Source of the DNA: a virus
Taxonomy: Duplodnaviria > Heunggongvirae > Uroviricota > Caudoviricetes
Length of the DNA stretch: 64,000 nucleotides
Direction: 5' to 3' (one strand)
IMG/VR virus record: IMGVR_UViG_3300012943_000386
Coordinates: 37,662 to 101,661 of that record
Part shown: in pieces, positions 49,899 through 58,829 of the stretch
How the letters are laid out: the number at the start of each line of letters is the position of its first letter
Numbering within the stretch: position 1 is the stretch's first letter
The notes under the pieces: model-generated
Database searches by the model: none
Told to the model about the DNA's origin: nothing
What the model saw: the letters and a program-made list of their open reading frames with translations, nothing else
Position numbers and translations under genes: made by a program

Positions 49899-51190
49899 TA
49901 TGACTGCGACGTTGTTGAACCACCTGAGCTGTTGTCGGCGACAGGCGGTGGCTTAGGAGCAATGATGCCATCAGCAATGCCGTTTCCAGCTGTCTTCAGC
50001 GTCCTCGCTGCCTGCGTTCCCAGCGTTCCAGAGATGAGTGACGTAGCATTTGCTAGCTCACCACCAAAGGCTGAGCCGATGCCTGACTTATGGATCTGAT
50101 TTGCGAGCGTGGTCTGGACCATGCGCGCACCCTGATTGGCGATGATGTTGATGAACGGTGATGCTTGATTTCCACCAAGACCGCCAGGCTGTGATGGTCC
50201 GCGTACCAGCGTGCCACCGTCAGCGCCAAATCCAGACAGAATATCGTTGAGCTCCATGAGACCAGTCTCTGACCGCTCAAGATCATCAGCGATGATGCCT
50301 GTCTTCATGAACAGCGCGTCAAAATCAAACTGACAGTCCATCATGTTTGGAGCGCCGCCGCTCTCATGGTCCTGATCCTGCAGCGTAAAGCCAGAGATGC
50401 GAGGGTTGGTGAACGTAAAGGTGTTGACGTAAATTGATTGGCGGATCTGTTGACCCTTTAGGTTGGCGCTTTCACCACGGTTGAGATAATACTGCTCGAT
50501 CGTAAGCGCACGAAGAATATCCTTCGCCTCACGTCCATCGACGGTCTTGATGGCAGCTCGCATCGATGTGTCAATGCCCTGAAGGTTGTCAGCGAACGCA
50601 AAGCCGAAGTCCTCAAGCGGCGTACCTGTTGACCAGTTTTGGCGCGCCAGTGGCTGAAGGATCTGGAGGTACACGTTCATAAACTTGATGGCGTTGTTCG
50701 CAACGTCATCGTAGAAAACAAAGCTGAGCGCCTGGTGATTGATGCGCTTCAGAATTTTGGTTCTGAAGTTGTACATGTTCACCTCTTCGTACTCAAGCTC
50801 GTACTTAGGCATGTCGATTTGCTTGACGACGTACGTAAGGTTGCGATCGAGTGAATGCTCAGTGTCAAGACCTAGCGATGCGGCTATGCGCTTCGCGGCG
50901 TCGTTGAACTCAAAGCGAACCTTGAAGAGAAACTTGGTTTTTGGATCAAAGCCACCAGCGCCAGATGCCATAGTGGCTGCGTAAGGCGTGACGTCCCAGT
51001 CACCATGGCTGGAGAAATTCCCAGGAGGGACAGGGTTGACGCTTTGATTTATTCGCGTGCCAGGCTGAGAGCTGAAGATGCTGTTGAGAACATTGCCCGA
51101 TTGATTTGCGACGGCGGCACCAAACGTACGGTACGCCTGAGCCTCCAGCGCTACGCCGGTGGAACCGATGATACCTGAAATGTCTGCCAT
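49898..51190 (-). CDS. virion structural protein (430 aa), G/S/N-rich C-terminus
   Basis: Late motif 27 nt upstream; position after tube/Ig genes. Confidence 0.5.
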   Translation of the reverse strand: MADISGIIGSTGVALEAQAYRTFGAAVANQSGNVLNSIFSSQPGTRINQSVNPVPPGNFSSHGDWDVTPYAATMASGAGGFDPKTKFLFKVRFEFNDAAKRIAASLGLDTEHSLDRNLTYVVKQIDMPKYELEYEEVNMYNFRTKILKRINHQALSFVFYDDVANNAIKFMNVYLQILQPLARQNWSTGTPLEDFGFAFADNLQGIDTSMRAAIKTVDGREAKDILRALTIEQYYLNRGESANLKGQQIRQSIYVNTFTFTNPRISGFTLQDQDHESGGAPNMMDCQFDFDALFMKTGIIADDLERSETGLMELNDILSGFGADGGTLVRGPSQPGGLGGNQASPFINIIANQGARMVQTTLANQIHKSGIGSAFGGELANATSLISGTLGTQAARTLKTAGNGIADGIIAPKPPPVADNSSGGSTTSQS

Positions 51191-51216
51191 GAGAGTGCCT
51201 TGCCTCAGCTGCTCAG

Positions 51217-51225
51217 GTATTTATA
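51217..51225 (-). promoter_or_regulatory. late promoter motif TATAAATAC
   Basis: Exact T4 consensus; 27 nt upstream of ATG 51190. Confidence 0.45.
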
Positions 51226-51280
51226 CGTGCCAGAAATGACAAAGGGCTCCGAAGAGCCCTTTGTTTCAACTTGACGTTGA

Positions 51281-51952
51281 TTAAGCGACTGGGCCGAGAC
51301 CGTTCGATACTGCTGGCGAAGATGCGCCAGCCGCGTTCGTTGCGGTGACCGTAGCCGTGATCGTGGCACCGAGATCGGCGACATCGAGCAGGTACGTTGA
51401 CGCGGTTGCAAGGGCGATTGGGCTGCCATTGCGTTCCCACACGTAGGTGTAAGCAATTGAGCCACCACCAGTCCACGTACCATTCGTAACAGACAGGGTC
51501 TGACCAACGGTTGCGGTACCAGAGGCGACTGGAGCGACGGTGTTGACTGGAACAGCGATGATTGCTGGTGGTGAGTTCGACGTAGCCGATGCTGCACCCT
51601 CAGTGTTCGTTGCTGTGACAGTGCAGGTGATCGTTGCACCAAGGTCGGCGGTAACGAGCAGGTACGTTGACGCAGTTGCGAGTGCGATTGGCGTGCCGTT
51701 GCGCTTCCAGACGTAGGTGTACGTTGGGGTTGGGTTACCAGTCCAAGTGCCGTTAGTGACCGAGAGGGTCTGACCAACGTAAGGTGTACCAGAAACTACT
51801 GGTGCAACTGAATTGACAGGTGCTGCGCCAGCTGCGCCGCCCGGAACATCATCCCAATCGTTCTTGTAGTCTGCCTTAACAGTTCCTGTGAGGGCGACAT
51901 AGTCAGCCTTCAGACCAGGAATTGAAGCGTAAAGATCAGCAATGTTAGCCAT
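51281..51952 (-). CDS. Ig-like domain protein with two tandem ~88-aa repeats
   Basis: VAPVVSGTPYVGQTLSVTNGTWTG...YTYVWKRNGTPIALATASTYLL...TATN duplicated at protein and DNA level. Confidence 0.6.
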   Translation of the reverse strand: MANIADLYASIPGLKADYVALTGTVKADYKNDWDDVPGGAAGAAPVNSVAPVVSGTPYVGQTLSVTNGTWTGNPTPTYTYVWKRNGTPIALATASTYLLVTADLGATITCTVTATNTEGAASATSNSPPAIIAVPVNTVAPVASGTATVGQTLSVTNGTWTGGGSIAYTYVWERNGSPIALATASTYLLDVADLGATITATVTATNAAGASSPAVSNGLGPVA

Positions 51953-51968
51953 GAAAATCTCCTAAATG

Positions 51969-52559
51969 TTAGAGCTGACCAGCAAGGGCAGTGCCGTAGC
52001 CCTGACCCGTGAGGATCTGGCGGGCGTGGTCAAAGCGAATTGAAAGTTCGATAGTGACCGCGTCGCTTGACGAGCTCTCGAGCTGACCGTAGTTTGCGGA
52101 CTTGATGAAGCAGCCTTCAACGAGCCACTTTTCAACAACGCCCTCATTACCGTCGAGCTGCTCGAGGGACATGCCGAACTTGTAGTCAGAACCGGTAGCG
52201 GCGCTGTTGAGCCACTGACCAGGAAGATCGCCACCAATGAGGCGCTGCTGCGTCTCAAGCTGACCCTGAATTGCGGCTGAGGCGAGACCGGTAAGGTCGT
52301 CCTCAACAGTGAGAGCAAGAGCTTCCCACGTGTACTTGCCTGCAACATAGGCGGTGCTGTTGTAGCGGTGAATTGGAACTTCTTCGAACGAAAGCTGAGG
52401 ACGATCAATTACCGTCGCCTGACGAGTAAGATCGCGGGACGACACTGCCGGCACAAGGCGTGCGAGGTTGGTGAACGTCACCTGCCAGCGGTACTTCTGC
52501 TTTGGGTGCAGAATACCGAACCCGGCCTGTGGTACACCCATCTGTGAAAGAGTTGCCAT
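51969..52559 (-). CDS. tail tube protein (gp19/Hcp-like)
   Basis: Immediately downstream of the sheath gene. KYRWQVTFTNL pattern. Late motif upstream. Confidence 0.55.
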   Translation of the reverse strand: MATLSQMGVPQAGFGILHPKQKYRWQVTFTNLARLVPAVSSRDLTRQATVIDRPQLSFEEVPIHRYNSTAYVAGKYTWEALALTVEDDLTGLASAAIQGQLETQQRLIGGDLPGQWLNSAATGSDYKFGMSLEQLDGNEGVVEKWLVEGCFIKSANYGQLESSSSDAVTIELSIRFDHARQILTGQGYGTALAGQL

Positions 52560-52608
52560 TGTGTCTCCTTAGTTCAATTCTTGAGTGGACGTCGCCACTC
52601 GTTCTTTT

Positions 52609-52617
52609 CTATTTATG
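52609..52617 (-). promoter_or_regulatory. late promoter motif CATAAATAG
   Basis: 50 nt upstream of the tail tube ATG 52559. Confidence 0.4.
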
Positions 52618-52629
52618 CAGGTCATCAGA

Positions 52630-54486
52630 TTATGGCATCTGCGCGCCAGTGCTCAACACGCGGATCGGGATGTAGATGAACTCTGCGGCCTTTACTGGCT
52701 TGAGAGCTACGTCCATGATCAGCTGGTTGTTGTCGATGACAGCAGGGGTGTTGTTTGAAGTGTCGCACAGCGTTACGAAGTCGTAGAGACCGCGCTTTGC
52801 CATGACGTCGTTCAGGAAGCTGTCAGCAGCAGCCTTGAGGTTGTCGCGAGTGATCTTGTCATTCGGCTCGAAGACGAATGGGAAGGCACCCTTGCGGAGG
52901 GAGCGCTTGATGTACATGACTTCACGTACAACGTTGACACGATCAAGAGCCGAGGCGGCACCAGCAGAGGTCTTCTGACCCCAGACGATGAGACCCTGGC
53001 CAGGGAAGAACACAATCGGGTTGATGTTCTTGTAGCTTTCGTACAGAATGTCGCGCTGACCATTGTTGAGGTTGAGCTCAACGAAGGTGGTTGGCTGACC
53101 GAGCGTGCCTGAGACGTAGCCGACGCGTGCAACGCCAGTAACCGAACCGCGTGACACACCTGCTGGAGCAAACCAGACGTATGAGAGCTGATCGCTGTAG
53201 GCGTACGTGCGAAGCGCGATGCCAGAAGCGGCGATCGTTACTTCGGCGCCATCGAGGTTCGACGCGAGGCCTGCTGGGTAGTAGTACGCAACGCTTGTGC
53301 CAGACTTGCGGCCAGTCGTAACTGCCCATGCGGCGGTCTGCTCAGCGTTGAGGTTGTTTGGCGTGTCAGCAATGACGAAGGCTTCGTCGTTGATGTCAGT
53401 CGAGAGCGCGAGCAGCTCGTCGACAACTTCTGGATAACCAGGAGCGACGATGAGGTTGTACTCGAAGATCTCAGAGCGAACTTCAGTGTTGCTGTTGATT
53501 GCGGCCGAAAGAGCGGTCGTGATGGCGACGCGCTTTGCAGCGTCATCGGCACCGAGTGGGTTGAACACGTTGATCTCGGAGAGGTCAAGCGTGAACTGCG
53601 AACCACCAATACCACCAAGGAACGGCGTAGTGCCGGCCGTGATGAGGAACGTAATGTGGCTGGTGCCGTCAGAGAACGTGGTGCCGACAGTACCGGTGCC
53701 AAGTGGACCGGAAACCGAACCCTCAACTGTGAATGCAGTAGAAGAGGTGAAGTCAACGGTGATCGTCTCTGCGATAGCATCAACGAGCGGCGAGATGTTG
53801 GTCATCGTGCCGTTGCCGACAAGTGGACCAGTCGTTGCTGCATACACGAGGTCGAAGTCAAAGTAATCGCCAGCAACGAAGAGCGTGCCGCCCTGCGTTA
53901 CGGTGAAGTTGACCTTGCTCGAGGTGAATGGAGTACCGACGGTGCCGAAGCCGATGATGCCTGAAACTGAACCTTCAACTGTGAACGCAGTTGGAGAAGT
54001 CAGAATGACGCTGATGGTTTCTGGCTTTACAAACGCTGAGGTTGCGGTGATTGAGCCGATGGTGCCGTTACCGACGCCAACGAACACACCACCTGAAGTC
54101 ACTGGAACGCCGATACCGATGAAGGTCTCTGCTGCGTCAGTGAGGTCAACGTTGGCGCGTACCACGTAGGCGACGTTACCAACACCAAGGAACTGGTTGA
54201 GGGCGAAGAGACCGTACTCGTTGCGAGCATCGCCGTGGAACGGGTTGCCAGCGTTGTCGGTCCAGAAGTATGGAACACCATAGAGCTGCACTGACTGACC
54301 GATCGACGTTACCGTGCGAACGATGTTGCTCTCCTGCGTACCTGCGGCTGGAGTTACGTCATCAGGCTGTGTCTTGTTGGCGCGCGTAGCTACGAACAAC
54401 AGTGGAACTGTTGGAGCTGCGGCTGGGATGTAAAAGCTTTCGTTGATAACGGTAACGCTTACACCTGGGCTTACGAGGGTTGCCAT
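52630..54486 (-). CDS. contractile tail sheath protein (gp18-like)
   Basis: N-terminus MATLVSPGVSVT... and conserved C-terminal IVWGQKT block. 618 aa. Late motif upstream. Confidence 0.85.
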   Translation of the reverse strand: MATLVSPGVSVTVINESFYIPAAAPTVPLLFVATRANKTQPDDVTPAAGTQESNIVRTVTSIGQSVQLYGVPYFWTDNAGNPFHGDARNEYGLFALNQFLGVGNVAYVVRANVDLTDAAETFIGIGVPVTSGGVFVGVGNGTIGSITATSAFVKPETISVILTSPTAFTVEGSVSGIIGFGTVGTPFTSSKVNFTVTQGGTLFVAGDYFDFDLVYAATTGPLVGNGTMTNISPLVDAIAETITVDFTSSTAFTVEGSVSGPLGTGTVGTTFSDGTSHITFLITAGTTPFLGGIGGSQFTLDLSEINVFNPLGADDAAKRVAITTALSAAINSNTEVRSEIFEYNLIVAPGYPEVVDELLALSTDINDEAFVIADTPNNLNAEQTAAWAVTTGRKSGTSVAYYYPAGLASNLDGAEVTIAASGIALRTYAYSDQLSYVWFAPAGVSRGSVTGVARVGYVSGTLGQPTTFVELNLNNGQRDILYESYKNINPIVFFPGQGLIVWGQKTSAGAASALDRVNVVREVMYIKRSLRKGAFPFVFEPNDKITRDNLKAAADSFLNDVMAKRGLYDFVTLCDTSNNTPAVIDNNQLIMDVALKPVKAAEFIYIPIRVLSTGAQMP

Positions 54487-54548
54487 CTATGTGTCTCCTT
54501 GAAATATCTCTATTCGACAGGCAAGCAGTAAGTTGCTTTCGTCTGACA

Positions 54549-54557
54549 GTATTTATC
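54549..54557 (-). promoter_or_regulatory. late promoter motif GATAAATAC
   Basis: 63 nt upstream of the tail sheath ATG 54486. Confidence 0.45.
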
Positions 54558-54575
54558 CCAGGACCGGGTCCGGGC

Positions 54576-55625
54576 TTAGTTTTGACTGACTTCGATTGTG
54601 GCTGGTGTAGGGTTGTTCACGACCGTAAAGGCAAACTTGTCCCCAGGGGCAAATGGTGTAGTTCCAGCACCAACTAGGATGGTCATTACCTCAGATATGA
54701 ACTCAATGTCGACCGTCCCGGTGCCCAATACGAGTGTCGTGCTTGGCTGGTTAGGGGTCGTAAGGTACGAAACCGTGTATTCAGTTGGTGACGTGAATTG
54801 GACTATGTACTGCTGAAGGTTGGTGTTAGGCTTCACGCTTACGGAGATGGTGCCGTTGCCCATGCCGGTGAAGACCGGTACTGAGATAGTTCTTGCACTC
54901 ATGAAATCATATGGCTCAAAGGCCGACAGGTTGCCCTCGCTGTCAAACTCCTGCACGCTGAAGCTGCTCATGTCGCTGAGGCGGATCAAGATGGTGCGCA
55001 CGAGCTCGTTGCGAACGTCAAGCGGCATTGAAAGGTAGATTGGCATGTCGAAGTTGAGCGTCCAAACAATCGTACGACGATCTCCGCCAGGAGCGTAGTT
55101 CTCCTCATTGTTCAAGGCCGTCAGCTCAACGGTGGTGATCTTGGTCCAGTCAAAGGCCGCGTCGGTCTTCTGCAGCTGAATGGTTGGGTCAAAGAGCACC
55201 AGGATCTGCTCCAGGATCTGGTGCAGCTGCTGAGTGTTCGAGGCATACAGCGCCAGCTCGAGCGACATCATGTATGGAACTGGCATGACGCGCGTGATAG
55301 TCTTGATGTCATTCGGCCACACACCGCCGTCTGGAAGGTAGGCGCGACGATCAACAGTGCCAACACCCTTACGCATCTGCGGCGCAAGCGATAGGCCAGT
55401 CATCTGCGCTGCCATCATTGGCAGCGAGAATGGGCGACCCTGCGTGTTGCCCGCCTCGATGGCGGCCACGACGCGGTCCTTGCTGCCAATGCGGATAGGC
55501 ACTGACATGAACTCAGGAACCTCGCACTCACCCTTACCAGTCTGTACGCTCAGCCCAGCGAAGATGTTGCAGAACTGAAGCAGGTACTTTCTGAGCTGTT
55601 CGTCGTAGAAATAAAACTTGATCAT
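54576..55625 (-). CDS. virion protein (349 aa), possibly tail completion / sheath stabiliser
   Basis: Position directly upstream of the sheath gene. Confidence 0.35.
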   Translation of the reverse strand: MIKFYFYDEQLRKYLLQFCNIFAGLSVQTGKGECEVPEFMSVPIRIGSKDRVVAAIEAGNTQGRPFSLPMMAAQMTGLSLAPQMRKGVGTVDRRAYLPDGGVWPNDIKTITRVMPVPYMMSLELALYASNTQQLHQILEQILVLFDPTIQLQKTDAAFDWTKITTVELTALNNEENYAPGGDRRTIVWTLNFDMPIYLSMPLDVRNELVRTILIRLSDMSSFSVQEFDSEGNLSAFEPYDFMSARTISVPVFTGMGNGTISVSVKPNTNLQQYIVQFTSPTEYTVSYLTTPNQPSTTLVLGTGTVDIEFISEVMTILVGAGTTPFAPGDKFAFTVVNNPTPATIEVSQN

Positions 55626-56731
55626 TAGACACCAAAGTCGCGCTTGAATTTGATGCGCGTTGCGTGGTCATTACCGAAGAACTTGTCGGCATCCGTTCCA
55701 TGAACGGCGGCCTGACGGATCACCTGCCTGGCAAAGCGCAGCTCAGTAGGATCAAGCGATGAGTTGCGGTTCTTGGCGGTGCGACTGAGGATATTTACAA
55801 GCACAAGTGCCTCATCGCGGCCACTGCCGCTTTCACTTGCCTTCTGGAAATTCTTCCAAGCGATGGCAACCTCTGGCTCGTGGCGATAAAAGCGCATGAG
55901 CTCATCTGGTACCTTCATGTCAGAGGTTGGTACGAGGACCGCATCTCCACCAGGGTTAAGGAGGGTTGCGAGGCGCTTTACATACTCACCCTTCTCAATG
56001 CCATGGTGGCTTGCGGTTTCAACTGCGTTAGAAATTCTGTTGACCCTTTTGGCGATCGCCTCGGCGTCATGTTCATAGCCAGCGCCACCGGCAACCTTAA
56101 GCTCAATGAGCCCATCCTCAAGCCGCTCCAGGTTTGTGTGACCATCTGGGCGCTTACCAAGGTATGTAAGCGCGGCCTTGTTGAAGCCATCGGCAGATGA
56201 TGGCATGCGCCCAGTGCTCTTCACCTTGTGGATGATCACCTCAATCTGCGATGGGGTGAGAGTGCGGTTCTGACGCGCGAAGGCTGTTGCCCCGCCTTGT
56301 GGGTCAAGAAAGAGCACGAGCTTCACTGGGTCCAGCTTGTCGCTGAGACCGCTAACATGCGGCGATACGGTAAGGTAATCACCGTCGGCCGTGTGCATGC
56401 CATTCTGGCTCATCCAGCTGGAAAGCTGCTCAGTGGCGTCGAGCACCTTTGAAGTTGGCATAAGTGGTGATGAGATCTCCACACCGCTTTCCTTGCCTGG
56501 TTGAACTGACCACTTAGTTTTCGAGCGACGGTTGCGCTGTGAGTGCGCATCAACCTTATCACCGACAAGCGCTGAGAGCGATGCAGCAACCTTTTCGGTC
56601 ATGTCGCCTGCCGCGTCATCTAGCAGTGAGTTGCCAGCAAGCGAGGAGCCAGTCGGAACTTGCATCCTAAAGGTTAGCGCCACCTTCGGTGAGGCGGAAG
56701 ATGCCTCAGTAATGTACTGTCTAAACCTCAC
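55625..56731 (-). CDS. virion protein (368 aa)
   Basis: ORF track; within the late operon. Confidence 0.45.
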   Translation of the reverse strand: MRFRQYITEASSASPKVALTFRMQVPTGSSLAGNSLLDDAAGDMTEKVAASLSALVGDKVDAHSQRNRRSKTKWSVQPGKESGVEISSPLMPTSKVLDATEQLSSWMSQNGMHTADGDYLTVSPHVSGLSDKLDPVKLVLFLDPQGGATAFARQNRTLTPSQIEVIIHKVKSTGRMPSSADGFNKAALTYLGKRPDGHTNLERLEDGLIELKVAGGAGYEHDAEAIAKRVNRISNAVETASHHGIEKGEYVKRLATLLNPGGDAVLVPTSDMKVPDELMRFYRHEPEVAIAWKNFQKASESGSGRDEALVLVNILSRTAKNRNSSLDPTELRFARQVIRQAAVHGTDADKFFGNDHATRIKFKRDFGV

Positions 56732-56910
56732 TGGTAGTACCTCGCGTTAGAGACACCATTGATTGGTGGTGCTCCATCATTATTACCCTGCGCGGCGCGC
56801 TCAGTCGATGCTGCACCGTAGCGCTTGTGTTGAAGCTGCGCCTTGACGTGCTGGCGCTTTAGGATTGCCCCCGCGCTGTTCCTTAGGAACTGACTGAATG
56901 AGGTCTTCAC
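56728..56910 (-). CDS. hypothetical small protein (60 aa)
   Basis: ORF track. Confidence 0.3.
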   Translation of the reverse strand: MKTSFSQFLRNSAGAILKRQHVKAQLQHKRYGAASTERAAQGNNDGAPPINGVSNARYYQ

Positions 56911-58826
56911 GTTAGCTTCTTCCCAATTGACTGATTGCTGTCGGACTGTAGAATTCTCTGAACAGACGGCTTGTGCGAGTTGTACTCACCACGGCGATCA
57001 GTCTGCTGGTAAATCCAGCGGTTCTTGACGATCGAAAAGCGGTGCAGGCGCGGCGCGATTTTGTACTCAGGTGCGTAGCATAGGCGGAACCAATCGCCAT
57101 CAGCTGGACCAGGAATTGGTGGTAGCGCAAAGCCCTCGCCATATGGCTGACCATCTGGTGGGATGCCAGCCTCGATGAGATAGTTTGGGTGCGCCGACGG
57201 TGAAGGGTTCGAGAGCGCTGCTGGCTGCCCCCTCACGTTTGCAGGCGGCAAGGCCTGGCGAGTTGGTACTGCGGCGACTGAGCGAGCATCATCGCTGCCC
57301 ACCTCGGGCACGTAGTCAGCCGCCTCGCTACCAATCTCTTCTGCGACAGTAAGCGGGACTGTGTTGATCTGCTCGCCGATACCGTCCATAAGGATGGCGT
57401 CTGGAACGAGGTACTTCTGCGTGTCGATGGTGCCAAAGAGGTCGCGAGTTTCCTGCGACGGAATGGCGATCTGCGCATTGATACGATACGTAAGAGGTTT
57501 GTTGGCAGGGTTGAAGCCGGTGGAGGCCCAACCGGCATCGCTCACCTCAAGGAACTTGCGGACTGGCAGCAGGTTCTGGTCGTACTGCATCTCGGGGATG
57601 ACCTCGATGATGTCGCCGATAACGATCGGGCGACCGAGCGCGAACACCATCTGAGCAAACGAGAAGATGAACACGTACTGATCGAGAATGCTGAAGCCAA
57701 GCTTGCTGAGATCGGTGACGCTGTCAGACGGTGTGTACTGCGCCTTTAGGCGAACTGGTGTCTTGCCATAGTCACGGTCCCTGTTCTCATTGAAGAAGAG
57801 GTCCTGAATAACGTTGATGTCACCAGCCTGCGGCGCATCGAGAACGTCTAGCGCATCTACTTCCCAATTGTTGGCGCCGGTGAATAGCGTTGGTGTTACG
57901 CGAACGGCCTTCACCTTGACAGCGGCCTGGAAGTTTAGCACCTGCGGCGATGGAGACTGGATTACGTTGAACAGCGCAACGCGCGTCCATACGTAGCTCA
58001 CGACAACCTGAAATGCGTCACCACCAGTAAATGGTGTTGGACCAGCGGTGATGGTAAAGTTGACGTAGGTGCTGTTGAACGGTACACCGACGGTCGCCGT
58101 GCCGAGACCAATGACCGTGCTGTCTGGCAGCGTGGCGTACACGTTGAATGTGGTCGATGTAATCGCAATAGCCGTAAGAACGCCCTGCGTGGCGTCTGAG
58201 CCGGCGCCGTTCAGCGTCATAATGCCATCGCCAGTCCCTGAGAAGGCTGGTGCAGAGGCGGTGACCGGACCGGTGGCGATCTCAACCTTTACCTGCTGCG
58301 CAAAGTAGCCAGGCAGGTTTGACTGTGTTAGCACTACGGCGCCAACGTCAGTCCACTTCTGCTTCTGCGGCTCATACTCGCTGTCACCGCCTGGTGTCAG
58401 CTTGATACCAAAATCAACGCCGACATACGCGCTGCCAACGACAGATGATCCTGAAGACAGCGAGCGCCATGTTGACGGGCCGTTGATGCCTGTGGCTGGG
58501 TAGCCAGGGAATGAAGGCGATGTGATGATGCGTGCGCTTGGGCTGAGCACCGAACCATTTCCCTGCTGGTGAATACCAAGCAGCGGAAAGATGTTGATCG
58601 GCACGCCCGAAATGTTGAGCGTTTCAGCGATGTACTGCTCCTGATTGTTCTGCTCGTTCTGCGCGCAGTGGTCAGGAGAGACGTCGCTGATCTCCCAGTC
58701 GCCAGTCGGTATGTCCTTAGGAACATAAGGAGCAAGCGGCGGATCTGGCGGCGTGATGTTGACGCTGCCGATTTGATCAGCGCACGCTAGTTCAGGTGGC
58801 TTTGTCGGCTGCGGAGGAGTTGGCAT
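56907..58826 (-). CDS. large virion structural protein (639 aa), baseplate/tail-associated
   Basis: Pro-rich N-terminus, beta-rich T/G/S-rich body. Confidence 0.5.
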   Translation of the reverse strand: MPTPPQPTKPPELACADQIGSVNITPPDPPLAPYVPKDIPTGDWEISDVSPDHCAQNEQNNQEQYIAETLNISGVPINIFPLLGIHQQGNGSVLSPSARIITSPSFPGYPATGINGPSTWRSLSSGSSVVGSAYVGVDFGIKLTPGGDSEYEPQKQKWTDVGAVVLTQSNLPGYFAQQVKVEIATGPVTASAPAFSGTGDGIMTLNGAGSDATQGVLTAIAITSTTFNVYATLPDSTVIGLGTATVGVPFNSTYVNFTITAGPTPFTGGDAFQVVVSYVWTRVALFNVIQSPSPQVLNFQAAVKVKAVRVTPTLFTGANNWEVDALDVLDAPQAGDINVIQDLFFNENRDRDYGKTPVRLKAQYTPSDSVTDLSKLGFSILDQYVFIFSFAQMVFALGRPIVIGDIIEVIPEMQYDQNLLPVRKFLEVSDAGWASTGFNPANKPLTYRINAQIAIPSQETRDLFGTIDTQKYLVPDAILMDGIGEQINTVPLTVAEEIGSEAADYVPEVGSDDARSVAAVPTRQALPPANVRGQPAALSNPSPSAHPNYLIEAGIPPDGQPYGEGFALPPIPGPADGDWFRLCYAPEYKIAPRLHRFSIVKNRWIYQQTDRRGEYNSHKPSVQRILQSDSNQSIGKKLT

Positions 58827-58829
58827 CTA

